Under the pieces are notes generated by a model. The model did not search any database, had not been told where the DNA came from, and worked only from the letters and a program-made list of their open reading frames with translations. This document shows, piece by piece, positions 6,809 to 17,818 of a stretch of DNA of 32,000 bases (position 1 is its first letter; every line of letters begins with the position of its first letter). The stretch comes from Propionibacteriaceae bacterium. GTDB lineage: Bacteria; Actinomycetota; Actinomycetes; Propionibacteriales; Propionibacteriaceae. The translations under genes and the position numbers were made by a program. Location: NCBI GenBank assembly GCA_031256725.1, contig JAIRQE010000013.1, positions 30,001-62,000 of the forward strand. The letters run 5' to 3'.

Positions 6809-8836
6809 TCACTGTGGTACCGTCTTAGTACGTGTACCAGATGTGGAGGTCTTCGCCGCAGATCCCTTAGCAGCAGAGGTCTTTGCCCCCGTTGTACCCT
6901 TGGTACCAACCGTAGGTACAACTGCCTCATGTTCGAGGTGTTCTGGTACCCATTCGAGCCAGACACTGGATAGGGCAGGAATCTTGATGTCGGCGTGGCT
7001 GGGGAATCCGAAGTGCTCTTCGGGTATTGCCGTGACCTCGCCATTGAGATAGTCGTCTGTACCGTCGTATTGTCCAGAGTTGGTGTTGAGGATCTCTTTC
7101 CACACTCCTTGTTGTGGAAGACCGAGACGATAGCGCTCATGGGGGGTCGCAGAGAAGTTCGTGATACATGCCACCATTCGGTTTTGTCCATCGGTACGCA
7201 ACCAGGCGAAGATGTTGGCTGAAGAGTCGTCACCAACGATCCAGCGGAATCCCGTTTGCTCGTGATCTTTGCGCCACAGGGCCCTCTGAGACCGGTAGAC
7301 CGAGTTCATGTCATGGAAGAGGTACTGTAGCCCATGGTGACCCCACAGGTCGCAGACCCACCATTCTAGGGATTCGGATTCTTTGAATTCGCTGCGTTGT
7401 CCAAACTCTTGACCCATGAAGATCAGTTGTTTTCCTGGCCAGGCCCATTGATAGGCATAGAAGGCTCTGAGGGTGGCGAATTTCCGCCAATCATCTTGGG
7501 GGATCTTGTCGAGCATGGATCCCTTGCCATGTACGACCTCATCATGACTAATGGGGAGAATGAAATTCTCGGAGTAGTTGTACATCGTCGAGAATGTAAT
7601 ATCGCTGTGATGCCATTGGCGGTAGATTGGGTCCAGGGAGATGTACCTCAGTGAGTCGTTCATCCAGCCCATGTTCCACTTGAATCCGAAGCCTAATCCG
7701 CCATGATCAACTGGCTTGGTCACACCAGCGAATGAGGTGGACTCTTCGGCGATCATCATGATTCCTGGGCAGCGATGGTGCAGGTGATGGTTGACGTACT
7801 TCAGGAAGTCGATGGCCTCAAGATTCTCACGACCACCATAAACATTGGGGATCCACTCGCCTTCATTGCGGGAGTAATCGAGGTACAACATTGAGGCCAC
7901 AGCATCGACCCTCAATCCATCAATATGGAACTGGGTGAGCCAGTACAAAGCATTCGAGACGAGGAATGACTTGACTTCGTTACGTCCGAAATTGAAGATG
8001 TAGGTACCCCAATCCGGATGGTACCCCTGTCGTGGGTCAGCATGTTCGTAGAGGCTCGTACCATCAAAGTTCACGAGGGCCCATTCGTCGGTGGCGAAGT
8101 GGCCTGGTACCCAGTCCATGATGACACCGATTCCAGCTTGGTGAAGGCGATCAATGAGGTACCTCAGATCATCCGGGTTCCCATAGCGTGATGTGGGGGC
8201 AAAGTACCCAGTGATTTGGTACCCCCATGACCCTAGGAAGGGATGCTCGGCGAGAGGCATGAACTCGACATGTGTGTACCCCTGCCAGGTGAGGTATTCG
8301 ACCAACTCGTCAGCAAGCTCGCGGTAGCCCTTGCCTTGTCGCCAGGACCCGAGATGCATCTCATAGATGGACACAGGGGAGTCCCATGCCTTCCAGGATT
8401 CGCGGTAATCCATCCAGGCCTTGTCGCCCCATTCATAGGTGGAGTCGAAGACGATGGAGGCTGTCTTGCCGTCAGATTCAGCGAACTGTGCCATGGGATC
8501 AGCTTTTTCGCGCCAGATCCCATCAGCGCCCAGGATCTTGAACTTATAGCGGGTACCTGTACCCCTGTTTTCGATGAAACGCGACCAGACTCCTGTTCCT
8601 GGGAGCTTCAACATCTCGTCTCCACCCCAGTAGTTGAAATCACCTGAGACTAAGACTTGTTGGGCATTGGGGGCCCATACCGAGAATCGGACTCCAGGGA
8701 TCCGTGTCTGTGAATCAGAATCCCATACGGTGGTGACATGAGCGCCAAGGCGGCGCCACAATTCTGTGTCTCCACCGGATGCGAGTCCTTCCATATCGGT
8801 TCCGCGCAGTTCACCTGCGAGATCATAGGTTGGCAT
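6809..8836 (-). CDS. glgB: 1,4-alpha-glucan branching enzyme
   Basis: GH13 motifs DWVPGHF, GLRVDAVASM and EESTSFAG are present. I place the start at ATG 8836, preceded by AGGAGGG, 22 nt after the glgE stop; the track's 8917 start would overlap glgE. The protein has a low-complexity K/T/A/S/G C-terminal tail. Confidence 0.92.
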   Translation of the reverse strand: MPTYDLAGELRGTDMEGLASGGDTELWRRLGAHVTTVWDSDSQTRIPGVRFSVWAPNAQQVLVSGDFNYWGGDEMLKLPGTGVWSRFIENRGTGTRYKFKILGADGIWREKADPMAQFAESDGKTASIVFDSTYEWGDKAWMDYRESWKAWDSPVSIYEMHLGSWRQGKGYRELADELVEYLTWQGYTHVEFMPLAEHPFLGSWGYQITGYFAPTSRYGNPDDLRYLIDRLHQAGIGVIMDWVPGHFATDEWALVNFDGTSLYEHADPRQGYHPDWGTYIFNFGRNEVKSFLVSNALYWLTQFHIDGLRVDAVASMLYLDYSRNEGEWIPNVYGGRENLEAIDFLKYVNHHLHHRCPGIMMIAEESTSFAGVTKPVDHGGLGFGFKWNMGWMNDSLRYISLDPIYRQWHHSDITFSTMYNYSENFILPISHDEVVHGKGSMLDKIPQDDWRKFATLRAFYAYQWAWPGKQLIFMGQEFGQRSEFKESESLEWWVCDLWGHHGLQYLFHDMNSVYRSQRALWRKDHEQTGFRWIVGDDSSANIFAWLRTDGQNRMVACITNFSATPHERYRLGLPQQGVWKEILNTNSGQYDGTDDYLNGEVTAIPEEHFGFPSHADIKIPALSSVWLEWVPEHLEHEAVVPTVGTKGTTGAKTSAAKGSAAKTSTSGTRTKTVPQ

Positions 8837-8858
8837 TGTCCCTCCTAGGGGTTGATTC

Positions 8859-10895
8859 TCACTGTTCCACAACGAGAATATGGGCTGGTTGAGCAGGGTA
8901 GACGGAAACGCAGGCATCGCCGGCCCATGTCCATGTCTGTCCTGTAAGAATGTCTCGTACCCTCACAGGGGCCCCAGGTTCTAGGCCCATTGCGACTCTA
9001 TCGAGGTAGATTGTTCCATCCTGTCCCTGGATGGGGGAGAGACTCACCACCATCAAAACTCGATCCTCACCATCGGTTTTCGAATAGGCGATGATCTGAT
9101 CATTGGATGTGGGATGGAAGTGGATGGTACGCAACCTTTGCAGTGCCGGGTGATCCTGTCGTGCCTTGTTGAGTACGGTCAATAATTCGCACAGGTTGGG
9201 TGTTGCGGAATAGTCGCGTGGTCGGTATTCGTACTTCTCGGAGTTGAGGTACTCTTCGCGACCAGGAACTGGGGTATGTTCGAAGAGTTCGAAACCTGAG
9301 TACACCCCCCAGCTGGGGCTCATGGTAGCCGCCAAAATGGCTCGAATCGCGAATCCGGCCTGGTTTCCATCTTGAAGATAGAGGGGGTTAATGTCTGGGG
9401 TATTGACAAAGAAATTGGGGCGATAGAAGGGGGCCATCTCGCGGCTGAGTTGATTGAGGTACTCTTCGAGTTCCCATTTTTCTGTACGCCAGGTGAAGTA
9501 GGTGTACGACTGTTGGAACCCCACTTTTCCTAGTGCATGCATCATTTCTGGGCGGGTGAAGGCCTCCGCTAGGAAGAGTACTTCGGGATGAAGTTCGCGC
9601 ATCCTCCCCAAAAGCCATGCCCAGAATTGAACGGGTTTCGTGTGAGGGTTGTCTACACGGAAGATTGTGACACCTTTGTCTATCCAGAACTCCAGGAGAC
9701 TTAGGCATTCAGCGTAAAGACCCTCGGGATCCAGATCGAAATTCAGGGGGTAGATGTCTTGGTATTTCTTGGGTGGATTCTCTGCATAGGCGATAGTGCC
9801 GTCAAGTCTAGTTGTAAACCACTGAGGGTGTTCGCTGACCCAAGGATGATCGGGGGAAGCCTGAAGCGCGAAGTCGAGGGCGATTTCCATCCCACATGCC
9901 TGAGCTTTCTTCACGAAGCGAGCAAAAGCCTCGAACCCTCCAAGATCAGGATGGATGGCAGTGTGGCCACCTTGAGCACTACCAACAGCCCAGGGGGAAC
10001 CAGGGTCTCCCTCTTGTGGGGTAAGGCTATTGTTTTTGCCTTTACGGAACTGATGTCCGATGGGATGGATGGGGGGGAGATAGACGACGGTGAATCCCAT
10101 GTCAGCAATGGATTCCAAACGTTCGGCTGCGGTATCGAAGGTACCACTGACCCAGGACCCATCCTTTTTCTGGTAGCTTCCTTCGGATCGTGGGAAGAGC
10201 TCGTACCAACTGGAATACAGGGCCTGTTCACGCTCAACCCATAGAGGGAAATCGGCGCTGCCAGAGATGAGTTCCCGAAGCGGGTAGCGAGAAATCAATC
10301 CCAGGAAGTCTGCATCCTCAACCAAGGCAAGGACCCTGGAGGGAGCAGTTTTCATGGTGAACAGTTGTCTATAGGCAGCCAGTGAACGTGCGGTTGTTGT
10401 GTTGAGATCCTCCACTTGGGTAATGGTGCGGGCAAGCAGATCTGCACCCTCCATGAGTACAAGATCTGTGTCGATTCCAGCTTCGAGCTTGATGTGTGCA
10501 TTGTGGAGCCATGTGTTCCATGGATGAGACCAAGCCTCGACACGGAAGGTCCAAGCTCCTGGAGAATCAGCACTCACCCATGCTTCATAGATATCGAGAC
10601 CATCAGGCCAGATCTGGGTCATTGGGGTCGATAGTTCACGCCCATCTGGGGAAGTGAGCACGACATTGGCACCCAAGCAATCATGTCCTTCGCGGAAGAC
10701 GCGTGCGCTGACAGGAAAAGGTTCATTGACAACAGATTTTGCAGGATAGGCACCACCCTCAATAACGGGCTCAACCTTCACAATGGGAATCCGACCGATC
10801 CCTCTGGCAAGGCCAGGAGCCTTCGTGGCAAGGGTGAGTCCTGGGTGTCTTGTGGTCATCTGCCTTGTCGTGAGGGAATCGGTGTGGTTCGTCAT
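8859..10895 (-). CDS. glgE: Alpha-1,4-glucan:maltose-1-phosphate maltosyltransferase
   Basis: The N-terminal GRIPIVKVEPVIEGGAYPAKSV...VFREGHD and the catalytic-region RVDNPHTKP are typical of GlgE. It lies between glgX and glgB. The start may instead be an internal ATG 12 codons downstream. Confidence 0.9.
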   Translation of the reverse strand: MTNHTDSLTTRQMTTRHPGLTLATKAPGLARGIGRIPIVKVEPVIEGGAYPAKSVVNEPFPVSARVFREGHDCLGANVVLTSPDGRELSTPMTQIWPDGLDIYEAWVSADSPGAWTFRVEAWSHPWNTWLHNAHIKLEAGIDTDLVLMEGADLLARTITQVEDLNTTTARSLAAYRQLFTMKTAPSRVLALVEDADFLGLISRYPLRELISGSADFPLWVEREQALYSSWYELFPRSEGSYQKKDGSWVSGTFDTAAERLESIADMGFTVVYLPPIHPIGHQFRKGKNNSLTPQEGDPGSPWAVGSAQGGHTAIHPDLGGFEAFARFVKKAQACGMEIALDFALQASPDHPWVSEHPQWFTTRLDGTIAYAENPPKKYQDIYPLNFDLDPEGLYAECLSLLEFWIDKGVTIFRVDNPHTKPVQFWAWLLGRMRELHPEVLFLAEAFTRPEMMHALGKVGFQQSYTYFTWRTEKWELEEYLNQLSREMAPFYRPNFFVNTPDINPLYLQDGNQAGFAIRAILAATMSPSWGVYSGFELFEHTPVPGREEYLNSEKYEYRPRDYSATPNLCELLTVLNKARQDHPALQRLRTIHFHPTSNDQIIAYSKTDGEDRVLMVVSLSPIQGQDGTIYLDRVAMGLEPGAPVRVRDILTGQTWTWAGDACVSVYPAQPAHILVVEQ

Positions 10896-10944
10896 GGGAT
10901 CAATCTAGTGCTCTGTGGGTGAACGCTCAATAGTTGTGTGTCAC

Positions 10945-13083
10945 TTAGTTGTCTGTTGAGGAAGCCTCGGAGGCTTCACCGATCAGTGGTACAGATGCTT
11001 GCATGAGTACCGCTGTGTGTCCAGGAATCGTGAGTGTCGACCCAGGTTCTAGTTGATCACTGGATTGCGGTAGTTCATCGTCCAAGCCCGTGTGGAGCAT
11101 AACGACATAGGACTGGCCCCAGGGTTCACCTGGCAAAGTGATTTCGATGGGTTCTGATCCGGAGTACATCCACAAGATGAAAGCCTCAGACTGGGTGGAG
11201 GAGTACATCCCAAGGAGTTTGCGACCAGAATCATGCCAATCTGCTTCTCCCATTTCTCCCGAGGTACCGTTAAGCCAGGCTAGATGCATACGTCCCAGGG
11301 AAACCCCGCTGCCATCAAGAACCTCTTCTCGGTGAACGAAGTTCTCGGGGGCAAGAACGGGATGTGCTGTTCGAATAGAGGTGAGCTTAGATAGAAAGTC
11401 TGCGATCTGATCCCAGCAATCCTCTTCAGCCCAGGAGGCCCAAGAGATGGGGGAGTCCTGACAGTAAGCATTATTGTTTCCTTGTTGGCTTCTCCCAAAC
11501 TCATCACCAGCAGTGATCATGGGGGTACCATATGCAAGAACAAGGCTTGTTAGGAAGTTTCGTACCTGGCGTTGCCTCATGGCGATGATCGTTGGATCAT
11601 CGGTTTCTCCCTCAAATCCACAATTCCAGGAACGGTTGTCATCTGTACCATCCCTGTTGTTTTCGTTATTCGCCTCATTATGTTTGTGGTTATAGGTGAC
11701 CAGATCCCTCAAAGTGAAACCATCGTGGGCCGTAACAAAGTTCACAGAATCTGTGACCTTGCGTTCTGAGTACTCGAAAAGATCCGGGGATCCACACATT
11801 CGGGTCGCCAATTCTTGTACCCCAGAGGTCATCCCCCTCCAGAAATCACGCAGATGGTCGCGGAACTGTCCATTCCACTCACCCCAGCCATCGCCCCAAG
11901 CACCCAGTTGGTACCCATAGGGGCCGATATCCCAGGGTTCTGCGATCAATGTCGTGTTCTCAAAGGTGGGATCTGTGGCCATCGCAAGCTTGAAGGGGTG
12001 GTTGAAGTCCACGTGATGGAGTTCGTCACGAATCAAGGTGGTAGCCAGGTCGAAACGGAAACCGTCGACACCCATCTCAGTTACCCAATAGCGCAGGGAA
12101 TCAAGTACCATGCGCAGAACCCCATCTTGGGAGGTATCCACAGAGTTCCCACAACCGGTGACATCATAATCATCGTACATATTGTCGGAGAGACGGTAGT
12201 ACCCAGCGTGGTCGATCCCCCTAAAGGACAGGGTCGGACCCTCATGGTTTCCTTCGCCCGTGTGGTTGTAGACGACATCAAGGATGACCTCAATCCCAGC
12301 ACGATGAAGATGGGTCACCATCTCTTTGAACTCATCAACCTGCTCGCCCATGGTACCCACGGAGGCATAGGCCGCATGGGGAGCGAAGAAACCCATAGTG
12401 TTATATCCCCAATAATTGCTCAATCCAGCGCGAATAATGAAAGGCTCGGAAACGAAGTGTTGGATGGGGAGGAGTTCAACTGTGGTGACACCGATCGCCT
12501 GGAGATGCTCAATGATGGAGGGATAGGCGAGTCCTGCGAAGGTACCCCTCAAATGCTCGGGTACCAGTGGGTGGCGCAGGGTGTAACCCTTGACATGAGT
12601 TTCTAGGATGACCCGCTCATTGGGTTTGATGCGACGCTGAAGTGGTTCAGGTGGTGGGGTTGGGTTCACAACCACGGATAGGGGTACAACATGGGAGGAA
12701 TCGGTTGTATCGGGAAGATAATCCGATTCGGAGGTGTGATCATGGATGGGTCCAGAGTAGTCCACGCCACCAGTGATGGCGCGAGCATAGGGATCAAGAA
12801 GCAGGCGTGCTGGGTTAAATCGCTGTCCACTGCGGGGATTCCATTCACCGTGAACCCGGAAGCCATAGGTTTGCCCAGCGGTGATTCCTGGGACTCGAAC
12901 AGACCATACGCCGCCATCACCCAGTTCCATGTCATGGTTGGTTTGTTCTCGATCTGCGCCGATCAAAGCCAGTTCGACGCGAGGAGAACGGGGGGCCCAC
13001 AAGGAAAAACAGGCACCATCATCATCGAGTGTTACGCCCAAACGAGTTTCGGTACTCGGAGCGATGAATTTCATAGGGGTCAT
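10945..13083 (-). CDS. glgX: Glycogen debranching enzyme GlgX/TreX
   Basis: GH13 motifs VILDVVYNHT, GFRFDLA and AEPWD, plus an N-terminal CBM48-like region. I chose ATG 13083, preceded by GAGGA at a 4-nt spacing; the track start 13104 is a TTG. Confidence 0.9.
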   Translation of the reverse strand: MTPMKFIAPSTETRLGVTLDDDGACFSLWAPRSPRVELALIGADREQTNHDMELGDGGVWSVRVPGITAGQTYGFRVHGEWNPRSGQRFNPARLLLDPYARAITGGVDYSGPIHDHTSESDYLPDTTDSSHVVPLSVVVNPTPPPEPLQRRIKPNERVILETHVKGYTLRHPLVPEHLRGTFAGLAYPSIIEHLQAIGVTTVELLPIQHFVSEPFIIRAGLSNYWGYNTMGFFAPHAAYASVGTMGEQVDEFKEMVTHLHRAGIEVILDVVYNHTGEGNHEGPTLSFRGIDHAGYYRLSDNMYDDYDVTGCGNSVDTSQDGVLRMVLDSLRYWVTEMGVDGFRFDLATTLIRDELHHVDFNHPFKLAMATDPTFENTTLIAEPWDIGPYGYQLGAWGDGWGEWNGQFRDHLRDFWRGMTSGVQELATRMCGSPDLFEYSERKVTDSVNFVTAHDGFTLRDLVTYNHKHNEANNENNRDGTDDNRSWNCGFEGETDDPTIIAMRQRQVRNFLTSLVLAYGTPMITAGDEFGRSQQGNNNAYCQDSPISWASWAEEDCWDQIADFLSKLTSIRTAHPVLAPENFVHREEVLDGSGVSLGRMHLAWLNGTSGEMGEADWHDSGRKLLGMYSSTQSEAFILWMYSGSEPIEITLPGEPWGQSYVVMLHTGLDDELPQSSDQLEPGSTLTIPGHTAVLMQASVPLIGEASEASSTDN

Positions 13084-13359
13084 GAGGTCCTCATAGGGGG
13101 GCAAAAAAACATCTAATCAACCATATCGCGTTCGAGTCTTGTCACGGCGATTACCCCGGGGTTTTGCCCGAATCTATATTTCGGTGATAGTTGCCCCAAG
13201 CAATGATTTTCATGAATCGAGATGCTGTCAGACTGATGTGCCTCACCCTGCGCACACCAACCAGCAGAACTTAACAGGAAATCTCATCCATTTTCTGGAA
13301 TGCGCCAAAAGAGGATGAAAACAAGTTCTATGCTGAGTGAAGTTACATCAAGGAGCACT

Positions 13360-14700
13360 ATGAAAACTACCTATGCCCAAAAAGTTTATGCCGATGCCGA
13401 AGCTCGCGCACCATGGGAGAAAGAGTTTCTCCAAGCCGTACGCGAAGTGCTGACCAGCATCGAACCGGCACTACCAGATAACCCTCAGTATGAAGCTAAT
13501 GCGATCCTCGAGCGCTTGGTTGAGCCTGATCGTCAAATCAAGTTCCGTGTCGCCTGGGTCGATGATGCTGGCCGTACACAGGTCAACAGAGGTTACCGGT
13601 TCGAATTCAATAACGCTATTGGCCCATACAAGGGTGGCCTGCGTTTCCATTCCTCGGTGACCGCATCCATCTTGAAGTTCCTCGGCTTCGAGCAGGTCTT
13701 CAAGAACTCTCTTACAGGTCTATGGATGGGCGGCGGCAAGGGCGGCTCAGACTTCGATACCCATGGCAAGTCCGATGGTGAAGTCATGCGTTTCTGCCAG
13801 GCCTTCATGACAGAGCTGTATCGCCACATTGGCCCAGACACCGATGTTCCCGCTGGTGACATTGGCGTTGGTGGTCGTGAGGTCGGTTATATGTACGGCC
13901 AGTACAAACGTATCCGCAATGAGTTCACAGGCGTACTCACCGGCAAGGGTCTCGCTTTCGGTGGCAGCCTCGCACGTACAGAAGCAACCGGCTACGGCCT
14001 GCTGTACTACACAGACGAAGTCCTCAAGACCATGATGAATGACTCCTTCGACGGTAAGACGGTATCCATCTCTGGTAGCGGCAATGTCTCCATTTTCGCA
14101 GCCGAGAAGACCATGGAACTCGGCGGTAGGGTCCACGTCCTGAGCGATTCCTCCGGCTACGTTTATGATCCTGAAGGCATCGACCTTGATCTCATCAAGG
14201 AGATCAAGCTCGTACGCCGTGGGCGCATCTCCGATTATGCCAAAGAGCGTAAGGGTGCTGAATACGTCGAGGGCAAGAAGGTCTGGGAGCGTCCCTGTGA
14301 CATCGCCTTGCCGTGTGCAACTCAGAACGAGATCGAAGAAGCCGACGCTAAGGAACTCATCAAGAATGGTGTCAAGCTGGTCACCGAAGGCGCCAACATG
14401 CCTTCGACTCCAGAAGCCATCGAAGCCTTCCGCTCCTCCGGTGTGGTCTTCGGTCCAGGCAAGGCATCCAATGCTGGTGGTGTAGCAGTCTCCGGTCTGG
14501 AAATGTCCCAGGATTCCCAGCGTCTCGCATGGACCTTCGAAGAGGTTGACACTCGTCTTCAGGGAATCATGAAGAAGATTGTTGCTGATTCACTGGCCGC
14601 CTCCAATAGGTACGGTATGGGTAACGACCTGCTCAATGGAGCAAATATTGCAGGATTTGAGCGCGTCGCTAATGCCATGATCGACCAGGGCGTCTACTGA
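13360..14700 (+). CDS. gdhA: NADP-specific glutamate dehydrogenase
   Basis: Signature KGGLRFH and GGGKGGSDFD are present. At 446 aa from ATG 13360 (AAGGAG 5 nt upstream) it matches the typical GdhA length; the track's 13300 start adds 20 atypical residues. Confidence 0.92.
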   Translation: MKTTYAQKVYADAEARAPWEKEFLQAVREVLTSIEPALPDNPQYEANAILERLVEPDRQIKFRVAWVDDAGRTQVNRGYRFEFNNAIGPYKGGLRFHSSVTASILKFLGFEQVFKNSLTGLWMGGGKGGSDFDTHGKSDGEVMRFCQAFMTELYRHIGPDTDVPAGDIGVGGREVGYMYGQYKRIRNEFTGVLTGKGLAFGGSLARTEATGYGLLYYTDEVLKTMMNDSFDGKTVSISGSGNVSIFAAEKTMELGGRVHVLSDSSGYVYDPEGIDLDLIKEIKLVRRGRISDYAKERKGAEYVEGKKVWERPCDIALPCATQNEIEEADAKELIKNGVKLVTEGANMPSTPEAIEAFRSSGVVFGPGKASNAGGVAVSGLEMSQDSQRLAWTFEEVDTRLQGIMKKIVADSLAASNRYGMGNDLLNGANIAGFERVANAMIDQGVY

Positions 14701-14712
14701 CATTACTGAGCA

Positions 14713-14751
14713 GAAAACCCCTCGATACCAACAAAGGATCGAGGGGTTTTC
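14713..14751. terminator. Bidirectional rho-independent terminator after gdhA
   Basis: 14-bp stem GAAAACCCCTCGAT (14713-14726) / ATCGAGGGGTTTTC (14738-14751). The A-run and T-run at the two ends allow termination in both directions. Confidence 0.75.
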
Positions 14752-14769
14752 TCATGGGGAGACCAGAGG

Positions 14770-17182
<2,413 letters not shown>

Positions 17183-17188
17183 CTATAC

Positions 17189-17383
17189 TCAGGAAATGGT
17201 GACCGCAACATTCTTGGCATTGTCGAAGATGATTTCCATGGCGACTTCGCCCTCTGCAAACCCTGTCATATCAACAACCTCAGTGTATGCTCCCGAAATA
17301 TCCTGAGTAACCTCAGCGGAACCTTGGGTGACTGTGAATGTCACTTTGTCTTCGGTCGACGCTGCGGTCACCGACACTTCCAC
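17189..17383 (-). CDS. Hypothetical 64-aa acidic protein (doubtful)
   Basis: GTG start preceded by AAGGTGAGAA. It lies immediately upstream of ligA on the same strand. I recognise no family. Its 5' end overlaps the 5' end of the opposite-strand ORF at 17338. Confidence 0.3.
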   Translation of the reverse strand: MEVSVTAASTEDKVTFTVTQGSAEVTQDISGAYTEVVDMTGFAEGEVAMEIIFDNAKNVAVTIS

Positions 17384-17775
17384 TTCTCACCTTGGAGGAG
17401 TTCTTTGAGGAAAACGATCAACAGGACTCGATTGCCCCCAATCAGTGGTACCTCGATGATCCTAATGTTCGGCCCATTCTTGAGCAGATCTATCAGCGAC
17501 TCAAGGAACTTGAACAGCGTGACGATGTTGCCTGGGTTAGGGTGGAACTCCATGAGAAGACCCTATGGATTCACGATGATGGTTCGATGGCCTATCCCGA
17601 TGGTTCCGTTGGTGAATCAATTGTGATCTGTACGACAGCACCCCGTGAGGATCGTGAACACGCCATGAATACTGGTTTGGCTCGGATGGAATCATTGGGA
17701 GGATTCGAGTACGAGGTCAGCAGAATCCCAGAGATTCCCACTGGTTTCCGCGTGGTCACCTTAGTGCGGGATTAA
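17338..17775 (+). CDS. Hypothetical acidic cytoplasmic protein, unknown family
   Basis: 145-aa ORF with coding-like codon usage (..EEFFEENDQQDSIAPNQWYLDDPNVRPILEQIYQRLKELEQRDDVAWVRVELHEK..). An alternative TTG start at 17392 would avoid overlap with the opposite ORF. Confidence 0.5.
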   Translation: MSLCLRSTLRSPTLPLLTLEEFFEENDQQDSIAPNQWYLDDPNVRPILEQIYQRLKELEQRDDVAWVRVELHEKTLWIHDDGSMAYPDGSVGESIVICTTAPREDREHAMNTGLARMESLGGFEYEVSRIPEIPTGFRVVTLVRD

Positions 17776-17818
17776 GCTTCTCAATCTCAGGATGCTTAGT
17801 GGTCAGTTCTATGACCAT

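Noticed and set aside
11815-12606. 263-aa plus-strand ORF inside glgX
   Set aside because: It is antisense to a GH13 debranching enzyme with all catalytic motifs, so I treat it as a shadow ORF. The same reasoning applies to 24568-25167(-) in ruvC, 28389-28961(-) in secD/secF, 20907-21473(-) in the CitE-like gene, 6688-7236(-) and 8243-8647(+) in glgB, 9759-10244(+) in glgE, 13747-14136(-) in gdhA, 19046-19591(+) in the DUF1003 gene and 30027-30566(-) in apt.
13598-13606. GGTTCGAAT, a tRNA T-loop-like motif
   Set aside because: It sits inside the conserved gdhA coding frame (..YRFEFN..), and no acceptor or anticodon stems surround it. Similar TCGAACC strings at about 4425 and about 9935 are also inside CDSs. 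No tRNA is present in the window.
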